Numbered from the stretch's first letter, positions 24,701 to 39,700 are shown. The stretch is 64,000 nt of DNA from Camelus dromedarius (GCF_036321535.1 NC_087437.1:47928001-47992000); one strand, 5' to 3'. The notes: generated by a model from the letters alone, not told the origin. Translations and numbers: made by a program.

Positions 24701-27700
24701 GGCACGTTTTTGTTCCAGGTTATGTGCTGAGTGCTTCCCATCAGCTGTCACTGAACCCTCTTAGTACTGTGGTGGGGCGGAGCCATTACATATTCTCCCC
24801 ATTTTACAGAGGGGCGAGTAAAAGGAGAAGTCATTGACCGCTAAGTGGCGGACTTGGAATCATTCATGTTCGAAGTTTGAACTCTTAATCCTTGTTAGGT
24901 GTACAGTGTCCCTTGCTCCTTACCATCCTTGCTTATGCTTTTATCTTTATAATCCTTACATAGCCTTGTTTATTCCTTATTATGTCTTATGTTTCAAATA
25001 TTAGTTTAGGGGAAGCCAGTTCAGTGGATTCCTATCAGATCTTTTTTCTTTCTTTTGTCCAGCAATCTAGCCCTGATCACCTTATGATGTTAATTTGGGG
25101 CCTTGAGTTTTTCTTGTGTGAGACCAAAGCCTGAAAGGCCAGAAAGAGGCAAAAGATGTCCTCTTGGTAGATCTTGGGTCAGAATGGACCAGACATAAAG
25201 ACTCTTCCCCTCATCAGCCCTGAACGACAGCGCCTCGGACGGATGCTGGCATTCGGAAATTCCATTCAGCAAGCGGCTATGACTGCTCACCTGGTGTTTT
25301 CTAGGCAGTGAGTTGAAAAGACCTAGTCCCTCCCCTCAAGCAGCTCACAGATTAAGGATCAACAGGGAGAAATTTTGTCTTGACCTTATCATTTATGAAG
25401 AGAAAAGCAGGGTATGGGGTTCCAGAGCCCAAGCTTTAGGTGGACTGGCAGTGTTTGAATTCTCAGTGTAGAATTTACTAGTAGGTGACCTCGGCCAAGT
25501 GACCTCACCTCCATAAGCCCATTTCCTTTTATGTAAACTGAGGGTACTGATAAACTGAGGATAAAAATAGTACTTTCTCTATAAGGTTGGGGTGAGGACT
25601 AAGGCGAGATAAGCTGTACGGTGCTGTGCACAGTGCCTGGCAGGGTAGGTATGTACTGTAATTGTTACTACATTATATCTATCTTTTTTTTGGCCATGGA
25701 TTGTACAATTTGGCTGTGGTTGATTAATTATTATATTTTCAACATATTTCATGGAAAGGATAGAACTGTATTTTTTCAGTTGCCAGGTTTTCAATAAAAT
25801 AGATAGTCTTAATTTCCAGGAGAGGGACAGTTATATATATTTTTCTTAATAAGGCTTTCATAGTGTTTTTGCCTGAATTGTAATTACTGAACAATTGCTA
25901 TATTTTAAATAATGGTAATAGGTTGTCAATAGACAATGCATTAGTGTTGTCAGACAGGGTTCTAAGCGCTTAATGTCTTAATTCATTTCCCATAACAGTT
26001 CTTGAAATTGCTCTGTGTCTATCTGGATCTTTTTGAATGATTTATATTCTAATGGTCTTTATTAAATACATAACTTTTTAAGAAAAATTTTAATTCCAGG
26101 AATTAATTTTAGGAATAAAAGAGTAAGTGGTACATAATTTATAACTTTGCTGGATTTAACTAACAAACTTAATGTCCCAAACCTGCAATTAATGAATGTC
26201 AGGTGTTAAGTTAGAGATTGATTTGAACAAATTTATGTCGAGCAGTTACTACATGTGTGATTCAACTTGAGATCCTATACAGGTTACAACGATGAATTAA
26301 AGAATATTTACCCAACAGGGCAAATATAATGTGGGCATCGTCTAACCTGCGAATCTACTGTTAGGTTGGTAGTTACCCATAATAAAGTGATGTGTTAAAT
26401 TACCCCCACCCCAGCCTTGAGTTCCCTCCGCTGCCCCCCACTCCCTGGTATTGCCAGCTGATTCCTCACCCAGGTTCTGACCACATAACAACTGCAATCG
26501 TCTGGGGGTTCCTGAACCAGATCTTGGAAATCACAGATTTACTAATGACTTTTGCTTGATTTCACTGTTATATTTTCCAGATTTTAAATTAACGTGGTAA
26601 GAGGAAGGGGTCAGGGAGGTGACATTTTTTACAGTAGTTGAAAATATCAGATGGAGTTTGTTAGTTTTGGTGAAATTGAGGACTCTAATATATTTAAGAA
26701 TGATGTTTATTACTGCTTCTCAAAAGATAGGAAAACCTGATTAGAGATAATACGTAATTTCTGGAGCGTGAGCCAGGCTCATAACAGATCAGTCCCTTAG
26801 GACAGTTAATTGCTTGTTTATTTTTGTTTTGTTTTTTGTTGTTTTTTCTTAAGAACTCCATTAAGTGATTGCCTGTACCCTTCTGCCCTCCTTGTGATGG
26901 AGAACTTGAGATATAGAGAGGTTAAGTCACTTGCCCGAGGCAAAATACAGATCAGTGACAGACCAAGTTGGTGACCAAGGCCTCACAGATTCTGGCTCTT
27001 TCATGACGATAATCATGCACCTCCTAGTGTTCTGGGCAGTTTCATATCATTTCACGAACACTGTGCAGCCCTGCAGGTAGATGTTATTAATACATCCATT
27101 TTGTAAATGTGAAAATGGTGCCTCAAGGAGGGTCAGATTTGGAGTGAATTAAGTAGCATCCAAGTGTTTTGATACCCTTTGGATAGTCCCTCAGCCCCTG
27201 TGCAGTGACTTCTCGTCTACACTAGGGGGCAGTAATGTATTTGCATTTGTTTTCTGAACTCTGGGAAGATGAGCTCTGAATAGAAGGCAAAGACTAGATT
27301 TTGAAAAGTGGACTTTGTAGGGAGCGTGTTCTGAGATCTTTTATTTTAAAAGACACCTATGGTATCTGTCTACAGCTAATTTTCTTTTTTCCATGTACCT
27401 ACTACACCCACTCAAATAGAAATGGTTGTTATAAGCAAGATAGTAAATGTGGAGAGAATGAGCTGGAACCAGGCATGAATTTGGTGTATAAATTGAATAG
27501 TTTGTGCATGAAATTGTCAAACTCAAGTTCAAGCAATTCAGCGTTCCTGAAAGTTTGAAGGGAAACTCAAGACATTGACCATATGTATTACTTTTAAAAT
27601 TTAAGGCCCAGATTTAGATATTTTAGGTTCCCCATTATATATATACGTATAAAATACACACCCACACACCCACCCACCTACCCACCTTTAGGAACCTTGT

Positions 27701-30700
27701 AACCGTGGATTTTAGCTACAGTAGTTTTTAGTGAGGCCCTAGAATTTACAGCCGTCAACCTCAACCAAAGTTCCAGTAAATCCTCCTGATGCCAACTCTT
27801 TATCACAAGATAGACTCTTGGTGGAATTGGGGGAGGTGTCAGATTTCTTGGGGAGCTTTTTAGACCTCATACACAGACGTATAAAGCACACGTGCCCCCA
27901 CACACCTACATATGTGCATACTATATCCCAGCAAGGGTTTTAGAAGAAAACATATTTCTGGTTGAAGACAACTTTCCAGAAATATAAAATGCCACAGCAA
28001 AGTAAAAGTAATAATTTTGCAACATGCCCAAAATCCTTCTCCAGGGACAGTGTTCTCCTCTGTTAAACATTTTCTTATTGTGAAGAGGCCAGGATGAACG
28101 GTGAAGGGGTGAGTGTGTGTCTGCTCGTGTCTGCTTGCGTGTTGCTCCTCTTCAGTGCCGTCTGGGGAACTGCTGGGTGTGCCTCAGACAAAGCTTTTGA
28201 TGCTTCGTGAACTGTATTCATAATTCTTACTGCCTTGTTTCATTGATCTAATCCCCTTGTGTTTCCCAGAACATCCCGCTTTGCCTCATTCCCTGAATAC
28301 TTGGTAGTGCAGATAAAGAAGTTCACTTTTGGTCTTGACTGGGTTCCCAAAAAATTTGGTAGGTATCTTTTGCATGCTTTTGCTTAAAACATCAAATTAG
28401 CCATTTGAAAAACATGGCATGTGAAAGAGCCCCTGGGGTTGGCTGTCAGAAAGTTTCATTACATTGCTTTTCCATGATTCCCACCTTTCTCTTTTGAAAG
28501 ATAAAAATATATGATAAGCATTGACAGTAAATAAAAAAAAAAATTGCCACATGCTAACCCATCCCTCTAATAATAGGTTCTGTAAAGACCAGATTCTAGG
28601 TTCTGGAAAGACTGGATTCTAAGAGTGAACAGGACCTTCACATTGTCAAATAAATGATGCTTCCCAAACTTTCACATGATCTTGGTGAAATGCTGATTCA
28701 GCAGATCAGGGGTGGGGCTTAGGATTCTTCATTCTAACAAGCTCCCAGGTGATGCTGATCCGCTAGTGTGGCTGCTCCAAAAACCATGCTTGGGGGTGTA
28801 AGTAATTGAAGATACACTCTCAGCATCTCTCCTCTGCCTCTGAAGCGGGCAGGTGTGGCTAATGGCATTTGCTTAAATCATACACGTTTTAATAATAACG
28901 TGAGTAGTCAGTTGTATTAAAAAGTCAGGAAAGGGATGTGACTGGCTTAATTGGGCTTTCTTCTTGCTGATCATAAAAGCCCTTGACTAGACAATGTATA
29001 AGAACATTTTCTTCATTTCAGTCTAATGTCAAGGTGGTGTTAGGCTGTCCGCCGTGCTGTGGAAGGATATCCAGTTTTACCCTCTGGTTTCTCAAGCAAG
29101 TACCTCGGACCATTTGCCAGTCTTTTAAAGTTTTTATGTTGAGCACTTAAAAAATCACACAAGTCTTATGCTGGTTAATTAAGCACTCATCTGCTCATCT
29201 AGAGGGGATAGGTAGGAAGAATGTAAAATTAGCAGGAGTGTTTTCCCAGAGACCTCTGGCACTTACGGCTTACATAGAGCCCGTTTCCACGTGGCATCAA
29301 GCAGCCTGGGACTGAGTCTGCAGCATCTTTTGTTTTTCCTGGTGGAGTAATTTTGTGGGCAGGGAGGAGGGCAGAGGGTAGGTTGTTCATCACTCAGCCT
29401 TTCCTCGTGGACCTGAGAAGTTCCTGAGAGAGAAAACTGACTTCTAAAGGCTGTGAACTGCCTCGAAAACAGTTTTCTTATTTTCTTTTGTCCTTGGAAT
29501 TTCTGTAAAGGCTAAATTCAGAACAGATCTTGTAGGCTTGCTGACTTTAAAGCAGCCCCAAAGCTTTCATTAATGAAGCTGAATTTTTCTATTGAGGAAC
29601 AATTGTATTGATTTTGTGGGTCAGGCATTATGTTTGATTTTGCTGTCCCCTGAGATTAAAAAAAAACTTTTTAAACTAAGCTTTTTCCGTGGCTGGTTGT
29701 TTTAGGATTTATGTACCTGGCATCATAACTGTTTTGGAGGATAGTGTTTTCAGGTTCTGTTTGCTAGCCCAAGAGACATACCCTGCACCAGCGTTTCAAC
29801 CCATTTTCCATTATTACCCTATCTGAATGTGTGCAGTACTCAATCTCAACAGGCTGTTAGACTGATACATTTTTTATTTGAGTTAGTCAACGTAATGACA
29901 GCTGAGCTGAGAATGTTAAAAAAAAAAAAGTCCCTTAAGATGGATACACTTGAGATTCAATTAATTTCTTTAAAGCTTCATACTTTATTTATTACCTTAG
30001 GTCGAATAATCACAATACCAGTCATGATCTGAGAAAAGACATAAACTAGGGGTTGCAGACTCAGATGCCTAACCAGGGTGATAATGTGAATGAAAGAAGC
30101 AGGCTGGGTCTGAGAAACATACAGCTGTAGCTGCCTTGGTCTTTCTTGGGTATTCCTGTTTTGGATAAAGTCATGGATTAGGAAAGCTGTTCTCTACCAT
30201 AAGAATCAGAATCACATAAATATGTTCTGGATCATGGGGGCAATAGGGAGTGGTGGGGTCTGTAGCAGACCGGCACAGGGGGCACATGTTGCCTAGAAGC
30301 TGAAGACCAGCCCCAGGCAGTTGTCACCATATAAGAATACGCTACAGCCTTTTGTTTTTCAAAATAAGCTGGAAATCTGGATGTTCAAATTAAATTTTCT
30401 GATTTAAAAATTGGAATTTGTTGCCACCATTTAAAAAACATCAAACAAAGTGGGCAACAAACATTCTCTGGGCTACCAGTGTGCGACCTCTGGTAAGCCA
30501 ATGAGGCTTACCTCATTTGATCTTGTTCCGTGTGAAATCCTGCCACCCCCTGTATTTCCCCTGATTCTGCATTAAAATCTAACTAGTCTCAGTGATTCTT
30601 CTGATCCAGTGCTTTACTCAGGGAACTATAAAGCATCCCTTGGCTCTGCCTAGACACGTGTGCATAGAGTTAGCAGTGCTGGTTTTAGGAGGTGATTGTG

Positions 30701-33700
30701 TGTGTTTGGAGAGTCCAGTGAATATTATCTTTCTCATTTCACAGATGTTTCAATTGACATGCCAGACCTACTTGATATCAACCATCTCCGAGCCAGGGGG
30801 TTGCAGCCAGGAGAGGAGGAACTTCCGGACATCAGCCCCCCCATAGTTATTCCTGATGACTCCAAAGGTACCATATTCTGCCAGCAGGACCTTCTCGACC
30901 CATCCCCCGCTCCTCTGCTGGAATAGTCCTTTTTCACCACTCAGCTGTCCCTTGGTGCCTTCCTGTGCTGTAACCCACCATAGACACACAGATGTGAAGC
31001 CTGGCTGCACCTGTAAACTTAAAATAGACATGAGAAGTGGCACGGACCCATCGTGAGCAGTCGAAATGGACCTGCCACAGAGGGCAGCAGACCTCCAAAA
31101 GGCTTTTAGGTTTTGTTGCCTCTGGTTTTGCCTCCCTCCCTCCTCTTCCCCCTAACGCACCTGTGGGGAAGAGGAGGCCTGTGTTTTCAGTGGGCTCTTA
31201 GGCTAGGGGTCTGTGTCATTCCTTTGGACACCTAAAGGGCAAATTCAACAATATTATATGCATTGGTTTTAAAAATCTAGTCTGCATCTCACCACCCCAG
31301 CTTCGTCACTGCTTCACAGCAAGACAGCAGTTTGAGTTTCTCATTCACTCTGTGAATGCTTAAGTAGTCATTGTTCAGAGTCCTTAACTTTTTAAGGGAA
31401 AAGGACATGCAAAAAATAATTGCCTTTTTGAGTCCAAGAACAGCATGGAGAAATCTTGGTTTCATGAGTAGCTCAGGCGTTCTGATGAAATCACTTTCAT
31501 TCTGAGTTCGCTTGCTCACCTGTTTACTGTTCACCTTCCTAATGAGTTAATTAGGTAAATCAGCTAATAGTGCACTAAACAGAGCACCCTGGGCCCCTCT
31601 GCCATGGGGTTTCCCATCAGCTGAGCCACGAATATTATGGGTGATCACGTTCAGGTGCAAAAGAAGGGTAAGGGGAATCCAGGAGGAGCAAGAGAGGGTC
31701 GAGACGGTCACATCGTTCTCTAATGCCCAGTCAGATGCTAGTTACAGAGGATGGCCAGTAGGGGAGGGGCTGTAGGTGGGACAGTCTGGGTTAGTGGTAC
31801 AGGTGGTTCATTAAAGGGGTTCGAGGAAGAAGAGATCAGTCTGTGTGACCGAGAAATACGAGATGGTTTGCTAGCGTTGCTCCTGCTTTCTCTGATGCTG
31901 ATAACAGAATCCTTGGCCAGTAGTTATATAGAGCTCTTAGAAGTACAGGGAGAGAAATTATCTGGTTCATTAAGATGATAAGCAGAGCGTCATGTTTTTA
32001 TCTGCTCTGAATGCCCCAAACCTGGTGTTTTCCTCTCTTTACTGGAATGACTTTATCCTGCAGGCTGGCGGGGGCTGCGTGGGGAGTGGAGGGGCTGACA
32101 ACTGTGTGGGATCTCAAGGGGTGGGCGGTTGGTAAGTGCTCTGGATTAACTCTTTCTTTCTCTAGAACTCTCTGCCATGGTTTGATCTCACTTCCTGCCT
32201 TCTCCTTTAATTTCCAGATCGCCTGATGAACCAATTGATAGACCGTATGTATCTTTTACATTCTTTTCTCAGTGTCCTACAGATGTTACTGGCCTGACAC
32301 GCTTATCTGTGGGGGTTCAGTAAAGGGGTGTTGTTCTCTGCGTGTGGATTTGCAGCTTTTCCTGGGTGGGAACCATTCTTGGTCTGCAGGTTGAGGTAGC
32401 GGCAAATCTAAACCAGTGACGTGGTGATGAGGTGGCTCTGTGGTTCAGGAGAGCGGCCGTTAGCGAGAGTGCCAGCCAGCCCTGTGATGGAATCTTGGCT
32501 CTGCCACTTGTGACTGTGTGACTTAGAATAACTGACTTAACTTCTCTGAGCCTCAGTTTCTGTGTGTGTGAAAGGGGGATAATGATGGCTTTTCTTCCCC
32601 TTCTGGCTGCGCGAGTAGGCCTCTCTCTGCAGTGGTGGTGCAGTGGCCTGTCGCTTTCTCCACTCCTGCTTCTGGACACGTAATGAAGACACACGACTGC
32701 AAGGACATGGTAGTGTTAGTTAATACTCTTAAGGTTATTAGTTTCATTGGATTGCTTTTTAGTTTTGTAGCCTTTTAGTTCCTTAATCCTGTGGGAGTTG
32801 ATGCTCTTGGTTTTCTAAAAAGAACATTTAAAAAATCAACTATTTATAGTGAATAACTTACGTATTTAGGAGGAAGAGGAAGTCTAAATCTTCTTGTCTG
32901 TAAAGCTGTTCTGGAGACACCATTGTTAATTTAGAAGTTCAGGTGTTTTACATTGCAAGCACTTTACGTGTTGATCAGGTGTCTTCGACCTTCATATATC
33001 CTTTCTTGGGTCAATTATGATTTGCTGATTGCTGAGAGAAGCTGTTAGGGTCAGTGTGGGTCATGGGCAAACCACTGCCTCTGAATAATCTGTACTAATA
33101 ACAACGGCTGTTACTAATTTCGAATGGTTACAGTGAGTCATGTTGTATTTATTACTCCACAGATTCTTTCAACTGTATATAACCTTACTATTAATACAAA
33201 GCCCAGATTCTCACTTGATTATCATGGTAAGAAGGGCAGAGCAGGTGACCTTTTACAGAGGTTAAAACTGAGACCCAGGGAAGTTCAGAGACCCAGAGCT
33301 GGGACCAGAGCCAGGGCTCGGAGATGAGTGTGCGTTTCATGTCACTTGACCTTTCCTGGAATGTGAGATGTTTGCTGGCTGCCCCTGATGCTGCAGAGAG
33401 CTGGCCTCCAAGATCTTGCCCCGGGGAGGTGATGGGTGGTTGAACCTGCCCGTATCAGAGGAGCCTGTCTGACCTCAGCGCTCAGCGATTTTCCAGTGTT
33501 AAGTGGTTTGGCCACTGATATCCTCCTGATCTAAGCCTGCTGTCTTACCAGCAATTACCCATATTCCACAGGAGAAAACAGAATTAGTGGAGGTTAATTT
33601 ACATTTACATCCTGTCTTTCTCAGATTTTTAAAAGGAGTAACTTTGATTGTTTTCTTACTACAGAAGTAGAAACATATTTGGGAATTATGGATTAGCAAT

Positions 33701-36700
33701 ACGAGTCACCTCTGGTTTTAGCGCCCATCCGTGACCACTGTTAGCAGTGGGTACCTGTCCTTCTACTGTTCTTTACCTGTGCCTGGTTCATTTACAGAGA
33801 AATGGAATTAGACTTTTCAATTTAATAAGCTGTTATATACATACATAGATAGCCTTATTAAGCTTCACTACTTAACTGCATTCTAGAGAAAAGAGTCTTA
33901 CAAAGAGTTTCATAGTTTCTTTCCTGCAGGACTTTGGAATTTTCACTTTGTTAGCTTACATTGTAAATTTCTAAGTGGAGAATAGAGAATGTATGTTTAA
34001 AAAACTTACTTGACCAAGGAAACCCCCTGTTTTGTGGTTCAGTAATTGCATCTCTCTTAGAACACTAGGATACTCTGAGACACAATTTGGGAATCACTGT
34101 CTGACATTACTGCTTTCTTAAAAGTTTATCTTGATAGGATGTTCTGTGTATCTTCTTCATGAAAGAGAACTTTGGTAACACATTTTCAATATAATTTTTG
34201 TAGGACAGGTTTCTCTGTTCCTGAGTTGTACTGACTGTTGTCTTTGGCTGAGGTTTTGGTAGATGAGAGACCTCAGGACATGGACACATAAGGGATATAT
34301 TTTGTGCTCCTGTTCCCAACCCACCTTTGGTGTAATTTGAGAGCACGTGTAGGTGTGTCTGTGTACACACACATACAAGTGCATGTATGCATATCCATAG
34401 AAGCATGTATGTATATATACATATAAGTCTATTTGTGTGTGTATATACACACACGTGGATATACACATCTCTGCCAATATCTGCATATTATGAAAAGAAA
34501 ACCTGTGTCTAAGCTAAGGTTAAATTTGTAAAGCAATCTTTTTAATATCTTAAGTGTATACAATTGAAAAATGCATTCTTTCCTTCTATCTTAGCATTAA
34601 GCTGCTTACTTCCTTTGATTGTAATATACCTGAAGGACCGCTATAACTTCCTGTGAGATTTAGGGAACAGGCTCTTTGGCATATAGATAATGTTTTCCTA
34701 TTCAAATTTCAGTCTGGGAGAGGCTGCTGTGGAGGTCTTGAGAATGATCTGAGAGGCTGAAATGGTTCTGGGAGCACGCTAGGTCTAGGTCTCATAGGAA
34801 ATTAGAGAATCGTTTGTCAGTGCTTGGATTGTTCAGGTAATTGCCATGGTTCCTACTTAGGCCAAAGATGAAAACTCAGCTCAAATAGCTTACTATTTGG
34901 ATGGCTTAAAACTAAACACAGTTAAACCATCATCTGCGCATTAAATGAAAACAGCTTCATCTTTGGGTAGCTTGTGGGCAAGGGGACCGAGAGAAGCTAA
35001 GACAGAAGAAATAGGGTTTACTCTCTTACACCAGCATGTCCTGTTGTGCTCTGTAGCATCAGACATCGATGAGTCATCAGTGATGCAGCTGGCCGAGATG
35101 GGCTTCCCTCTAGAAGCGTGCCGGAAGGCTGTGTACTTTACTGGAAATATGGGAGCTGAGGTGGCCTTCAACTGGATCATTGTTCACATGGAAGAGCCAG
35201 GTAGGTGGTCAGAAAATGGAATGACTTTGGAGTCTGAAACCATCTTCAGTGATGCTGACTAAGCCTTGGTCCTTCCCTATCCTCTGAATGTCCTCTAAAA
35301 AATGACTTTTCAGCTCACAATATGCTGTGTCGGGGGAAGAAAGATTTTTTTGCCTGTGTAGCAAAGTCATAATTTTTGTATTTTATCTTTTTTAAAATAA
35401 TAGCTTAATTGGGATATAATTCACCCTTTTAAAATGTATAATGTGGTAGCAAAAAGACCATTGAAAAATGTGGGCATACTATATTTTATTTATCTTTTCA
35501 TCAATTGATGGACATTTGGGTTTTTCCACTCTTTTGCTGTTATGAATAATGCTGCTATAAGCCTTTTGTGCACAAATTTTTGTATGGACATAATGGTTTT
35601 CATTTCTCTTGAGTAGAATTGCTGTGTCATAATAATTCCGTGTTTATGAGGACCTGCCAAATTGTTTTCAGCCGTGTTTGTACCATTTTGCATTCCCAGT
35701 AGCAGTGTATGAGGGTTCCATTTTCTGCACATCCTCACCAAGCCTTGTTGTTGTTTTTGTTATTCACATTCCAGTGGATGAGAAGTGGTATCTCATTGTG
35801 GTTTTGATTTGCATTTCCCTGATGGCTAGTGATGAACATCTTTTCATATGCTCATTGGCCATTTATGTATGTTTGGAGAAATGTCTATTCAATCTTTTGC
35901 CCGTTTTTAAAATGAGGTTATTTGTCTTTGTTAAGTTCTAAGAGTTCTGGATACAAGTACCTTAACAGATACATGATTTGCAAATATTTTCTCCCGTTGT
36001 ATGGGTTGTCTTTTCACTTTCTTGATGGTGTCCTTTGAAGCACAAAAGTTTTTAATTATGTTGAAATTCAGTTTATTCCTTTGTCACTTGTGCTTGTGGT
36101 GTTGTATCCAAGAAACCGTTGTGTAACCCAAGGTCATGAAGATTTTCTCTTATGCTTTCTTCTAAGGGTTTTGTAGTTTCAGCTCTTACATTTAGATCAG
36201 TGATCTGTTTAGAGTTAATTTTTGTATATGGTGTGAGGTAGGGGTCCAACTTTATTCTTTTGCATGTGGATATGTGGTTGTCCCAGCACCATTTGTTGAA
36301 AAGACTGTCCTTTCCCCATTGAGTGTTCTTGGTACCTCTTGTCGAAAATCAGTTGATGTGGGTTTCTAGCTGAACTCTCAGTTCTATTTGATTGGTCTCT
36401 CAATCTATATGTTTATCCTTATGCCAGTATCAGACAGTCTTGATTATCATAACTTTAGGTACTTTTTCTTCTTAGCTCTAAAGTGTTGTTTATTTCAAGA
36501 CCCAGAACAGAAAAGGGTCTGAGTGTGTTGCTTTCCCCAGATTTTGCTGAACCACTGACCATGCCTGGTTATGGAGGAGCAGCTTCTGCTGGAGCCTCTG
36601 TTTTTGGTGCTACTGGACTGGATAACCAGCCTCCGGAGGAAATTATAGCTATTATTACATCCATGGGATTCCATCGAAATCAGGCTATTCAGGCACTACG

Positions 36701-39700
36701 AGCAACGGTAAGCATGAGAGACTGTGTGGGAACACCTTCCTTTTATTGGAGGTGGTTTGTGTTTCTGTCAGTAGCAGCTGAAACTTTCTAATGTCCTTTG
36801 ATCATTTAAAATCATGTCTGTCTCACGCTATACCCCACCATGCCCCACAGGGATTTATTTGCTAAAATAAATGATTGAGGGAATCGTACAGAGATTTTAA
36901 GAATAGGAGATTTAAAAAAAAGGAGGGGGGTGAGATAATACAGTAAGAGCAAGATGACCGAAGTGCAAGAAACTGTATCATCTTAATGTTTATTAGCAGG
37001 AGGTCAGAGATTTGACTTGGAGCTCGCTTGTGGTCTTAGAGCTAAGAAGAATGCTTGAGATTCTGTGTTCAATAAGGCAGTTCTTTAGGAGAAATCATGT
37101 TTTTCTGACACCAAGACCTTGGAGCAAGGTCTCTGAAAAATCCTCATAGAGAAGGCTTCTTGGAATTCTCTGCTTCTGTTTCTCTCTGCAGAGAGGGAAG
37201 ATTCTTCAGGTATTCATGAACACCCTGATGGTATCAGGAGAGAAGGGACCATGAGACTGGAGGGCAGATAGAAGTCTTCCTCTTGTAGTGCAGATAACTG
37301 TTGAATATCAAGGGAAAATACTTATTTTTTACACCATAATCCATTTTTGAGTGGATATCTGCTCCCGATTCCTTCTTGCCTGTCCTGGCTGGGTGCTGGC
37401 CGGGGTCCCTTGCTGAGGTCACAGCAGCTCCCACCTGGCTCATGGCAATATGGTTGGACTGTCTATTTCCCTTTAAAATGCTTGAAATGTCTCATCCAGA
37501 TTCAGTTGCACTCAGGATACTTGCTTATGCCGCACTTATTTTACTTGCTTGATTGTTTAATTTGGAGAATCTATGTCTAAATGATATGTCAAATGGGGGA
37601 AGACGGAAATGTTTTCATGGTCTGTTGATTTGAACTACATGGAGTTCAGTTTAAAACAATTTCACTTAGCTAACCAGTGTGATCATCACTAATCAAGGCA
37701 TTAATCTTATCTCTACTGCTGTTTGACCATTCAGCCAGCACTGAGGGAGAGGAGGCCCTGACACAGGGCCCGTGTTGGCCCTCTCTACCCTGCAGGGTTA
37801 TCTGTGGCAAATATAGTTGGTAGAGAATATAGTGTGTGCAGTTAGTGTGGCTTTGGAAGGGGCTGCACTTGAACAATGCCATTCTCTTTGGCTTTCTGCC
37901 TCCATCATCATCAGCGTCAGCCTGCAGAACTGCTGAGCTCAGACTGAAACGGGCTCTGGAATGCTGAGCTGCTTTCTGCTGAATCCAGCGACAGACCTGG
38001 GTGGGGAGACTTGCACAGTGTCAACTGACAGTGCGTTTCACGTGCAGGGTCAGGGCTGCTTACTCAGATGCCCTTAGGACTAATGAATTCAGGCCTAGTT
38101 TAAACGGTCAGGAGAGAATGAGGCCCAGGGACTGCAGACATTGTAACAGTGCTTTTGTTTTATCAGAACAGTAACCTGGAAAGAGCACTGGATTGGATCT
38201 TTAGCCACCCTGAGTTTGAGGAGGACAGTGACTTTGTGATCGAGATGGAGAATAATGCCAATGCGAACATTATTTCTGAGGCCAAGCCTGAAGGACCTAG
38301 AGTCAAGGATGGATCTGGAAGTAAGTTCTCGTCGTAGGGATTGCGGGAGCAGCTGTGAGTATGCATTTGGCTCCTGCCCTCCGCTCCCGCTCGTGCGTGT
38401 GTGAAAACTTTTGCCATCCTTCAGAAGTTGGCACAGGTCCCGTCTCATACATGGTGTATTTGGCCACTTTGCAGAGGCCAGGGTGAACTCAGAGAGTCTG
38501 GGACAGACTCACTGTCATGTCACCTGGTAGTGTGTGCGCCTCAGTTTAGCGCCAGCTCTTCGTCTAGCCTGGAGGTGGAATTTTATCCTGGACTGTGGAC
38601 GTTTTTGTCCAAAGGACAGCATGGATTTTCATGGTGATATATTTGAAGAGTTGAAAAGCACCCTTGACCCTGTCGTTGCCCAGACCTACTCCCGGTCACT
38701 TTCTGAAGGCTGCTGGGGTGGCAGGAAGAGGTGCCTTCTCACGGCAGACACTTGGGTATGTCATTCTGTGCCAGGCACTGTGCTAGGCACTTGTCATATA
38801 AATGCTTACTTAGTCCCCACCACACCCCTTCTGCAGATGAGAAGACAGAGTCACAGAAGGATTAGGTAACCTTGCCCAAGGTCACATAGCCCTTCAGAGC
38901 TGGAGCTAAGAGTCAGACTCAGAACCCGTGTTCCTCACCACTGTGATGCCCTGCTTTTTGGGCTGGCCCTGCCTGCAGGCTACTGACCCCGCACCTCCTC
39001 GGTCAGATCCCCGCCTGCTCATCTCGGCGTTGCTTCTCCTGTGCCCCCGGTGCCCACAGCTCGGAGGCCTGGTCCTGTAGCCACGTCCTCCACCCCGTCT
39101 TCCCTACCTCCAGGCCTTTGGTCAGGTTCCTCCTTTGTTGGGACTCACCTGTCTTTCCTGTCACTGCGCACTGAAGTCCTCACCATTACTCAGAACTTGG
39201 CCACAGATTCCATTTCTCTGGACGGCTTCCCCAGGCCCTTGTCCTCGGTCCCTTTGTATTGCACATGCTGGGCGCAGTTACACCAGGGCCAACAGCACCG
39301 CTGTGTGTGTCATGTTTCAGCGTCACAGCAACCTGTTATTACCTCCATTCTCCAGATGGAGAAACTGAGGTAGAGAAGGCGAAGTAACTTGCCGAGGCCA
39401 CATCGCTAGTGCTGAGTGGAACCCGAGTTCCAGCCCAGGCAGTCCGCCTCCAGAGCCCGTGCCTGGAGCCACTGTAACGTAGTGTGTTCTATTATCAGAG
39501 GTGTCACATTCCTCGTGCAATAAAATGAGTTACATACATACCTGTGTCTCCCAGGCGCCTGGGAGCTTGTGGAGGACACAGACCATATGACTTTTATTAA
39601 GCTTGTGGTATCTAGCACATAGAAATTACCAAGTTAATAATAATTGGATTTAATTAAATTTACTATAGCAGCATTTGTTCCTGTAATCATTTAGCTGCAG

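Noticed and set aside
25213..25234. REST/RE1-like motif (tcagccct-gaa-cgacagcgcc)
   Set aside because: Three mismatches and a 3-nt rather than 2-nt spacer; too weak
30868..30926. USP5-like in-frame extension of exon 15 through a downstream donor
   Set aside because: The frame stays open for only ~19 codons to a TAG, with no GT donor before the stop
31073..31088. Second CTCF-like motif gccacagagggcag
   Set aside because: The 5' half of the core matches poorly and there is no upstream module
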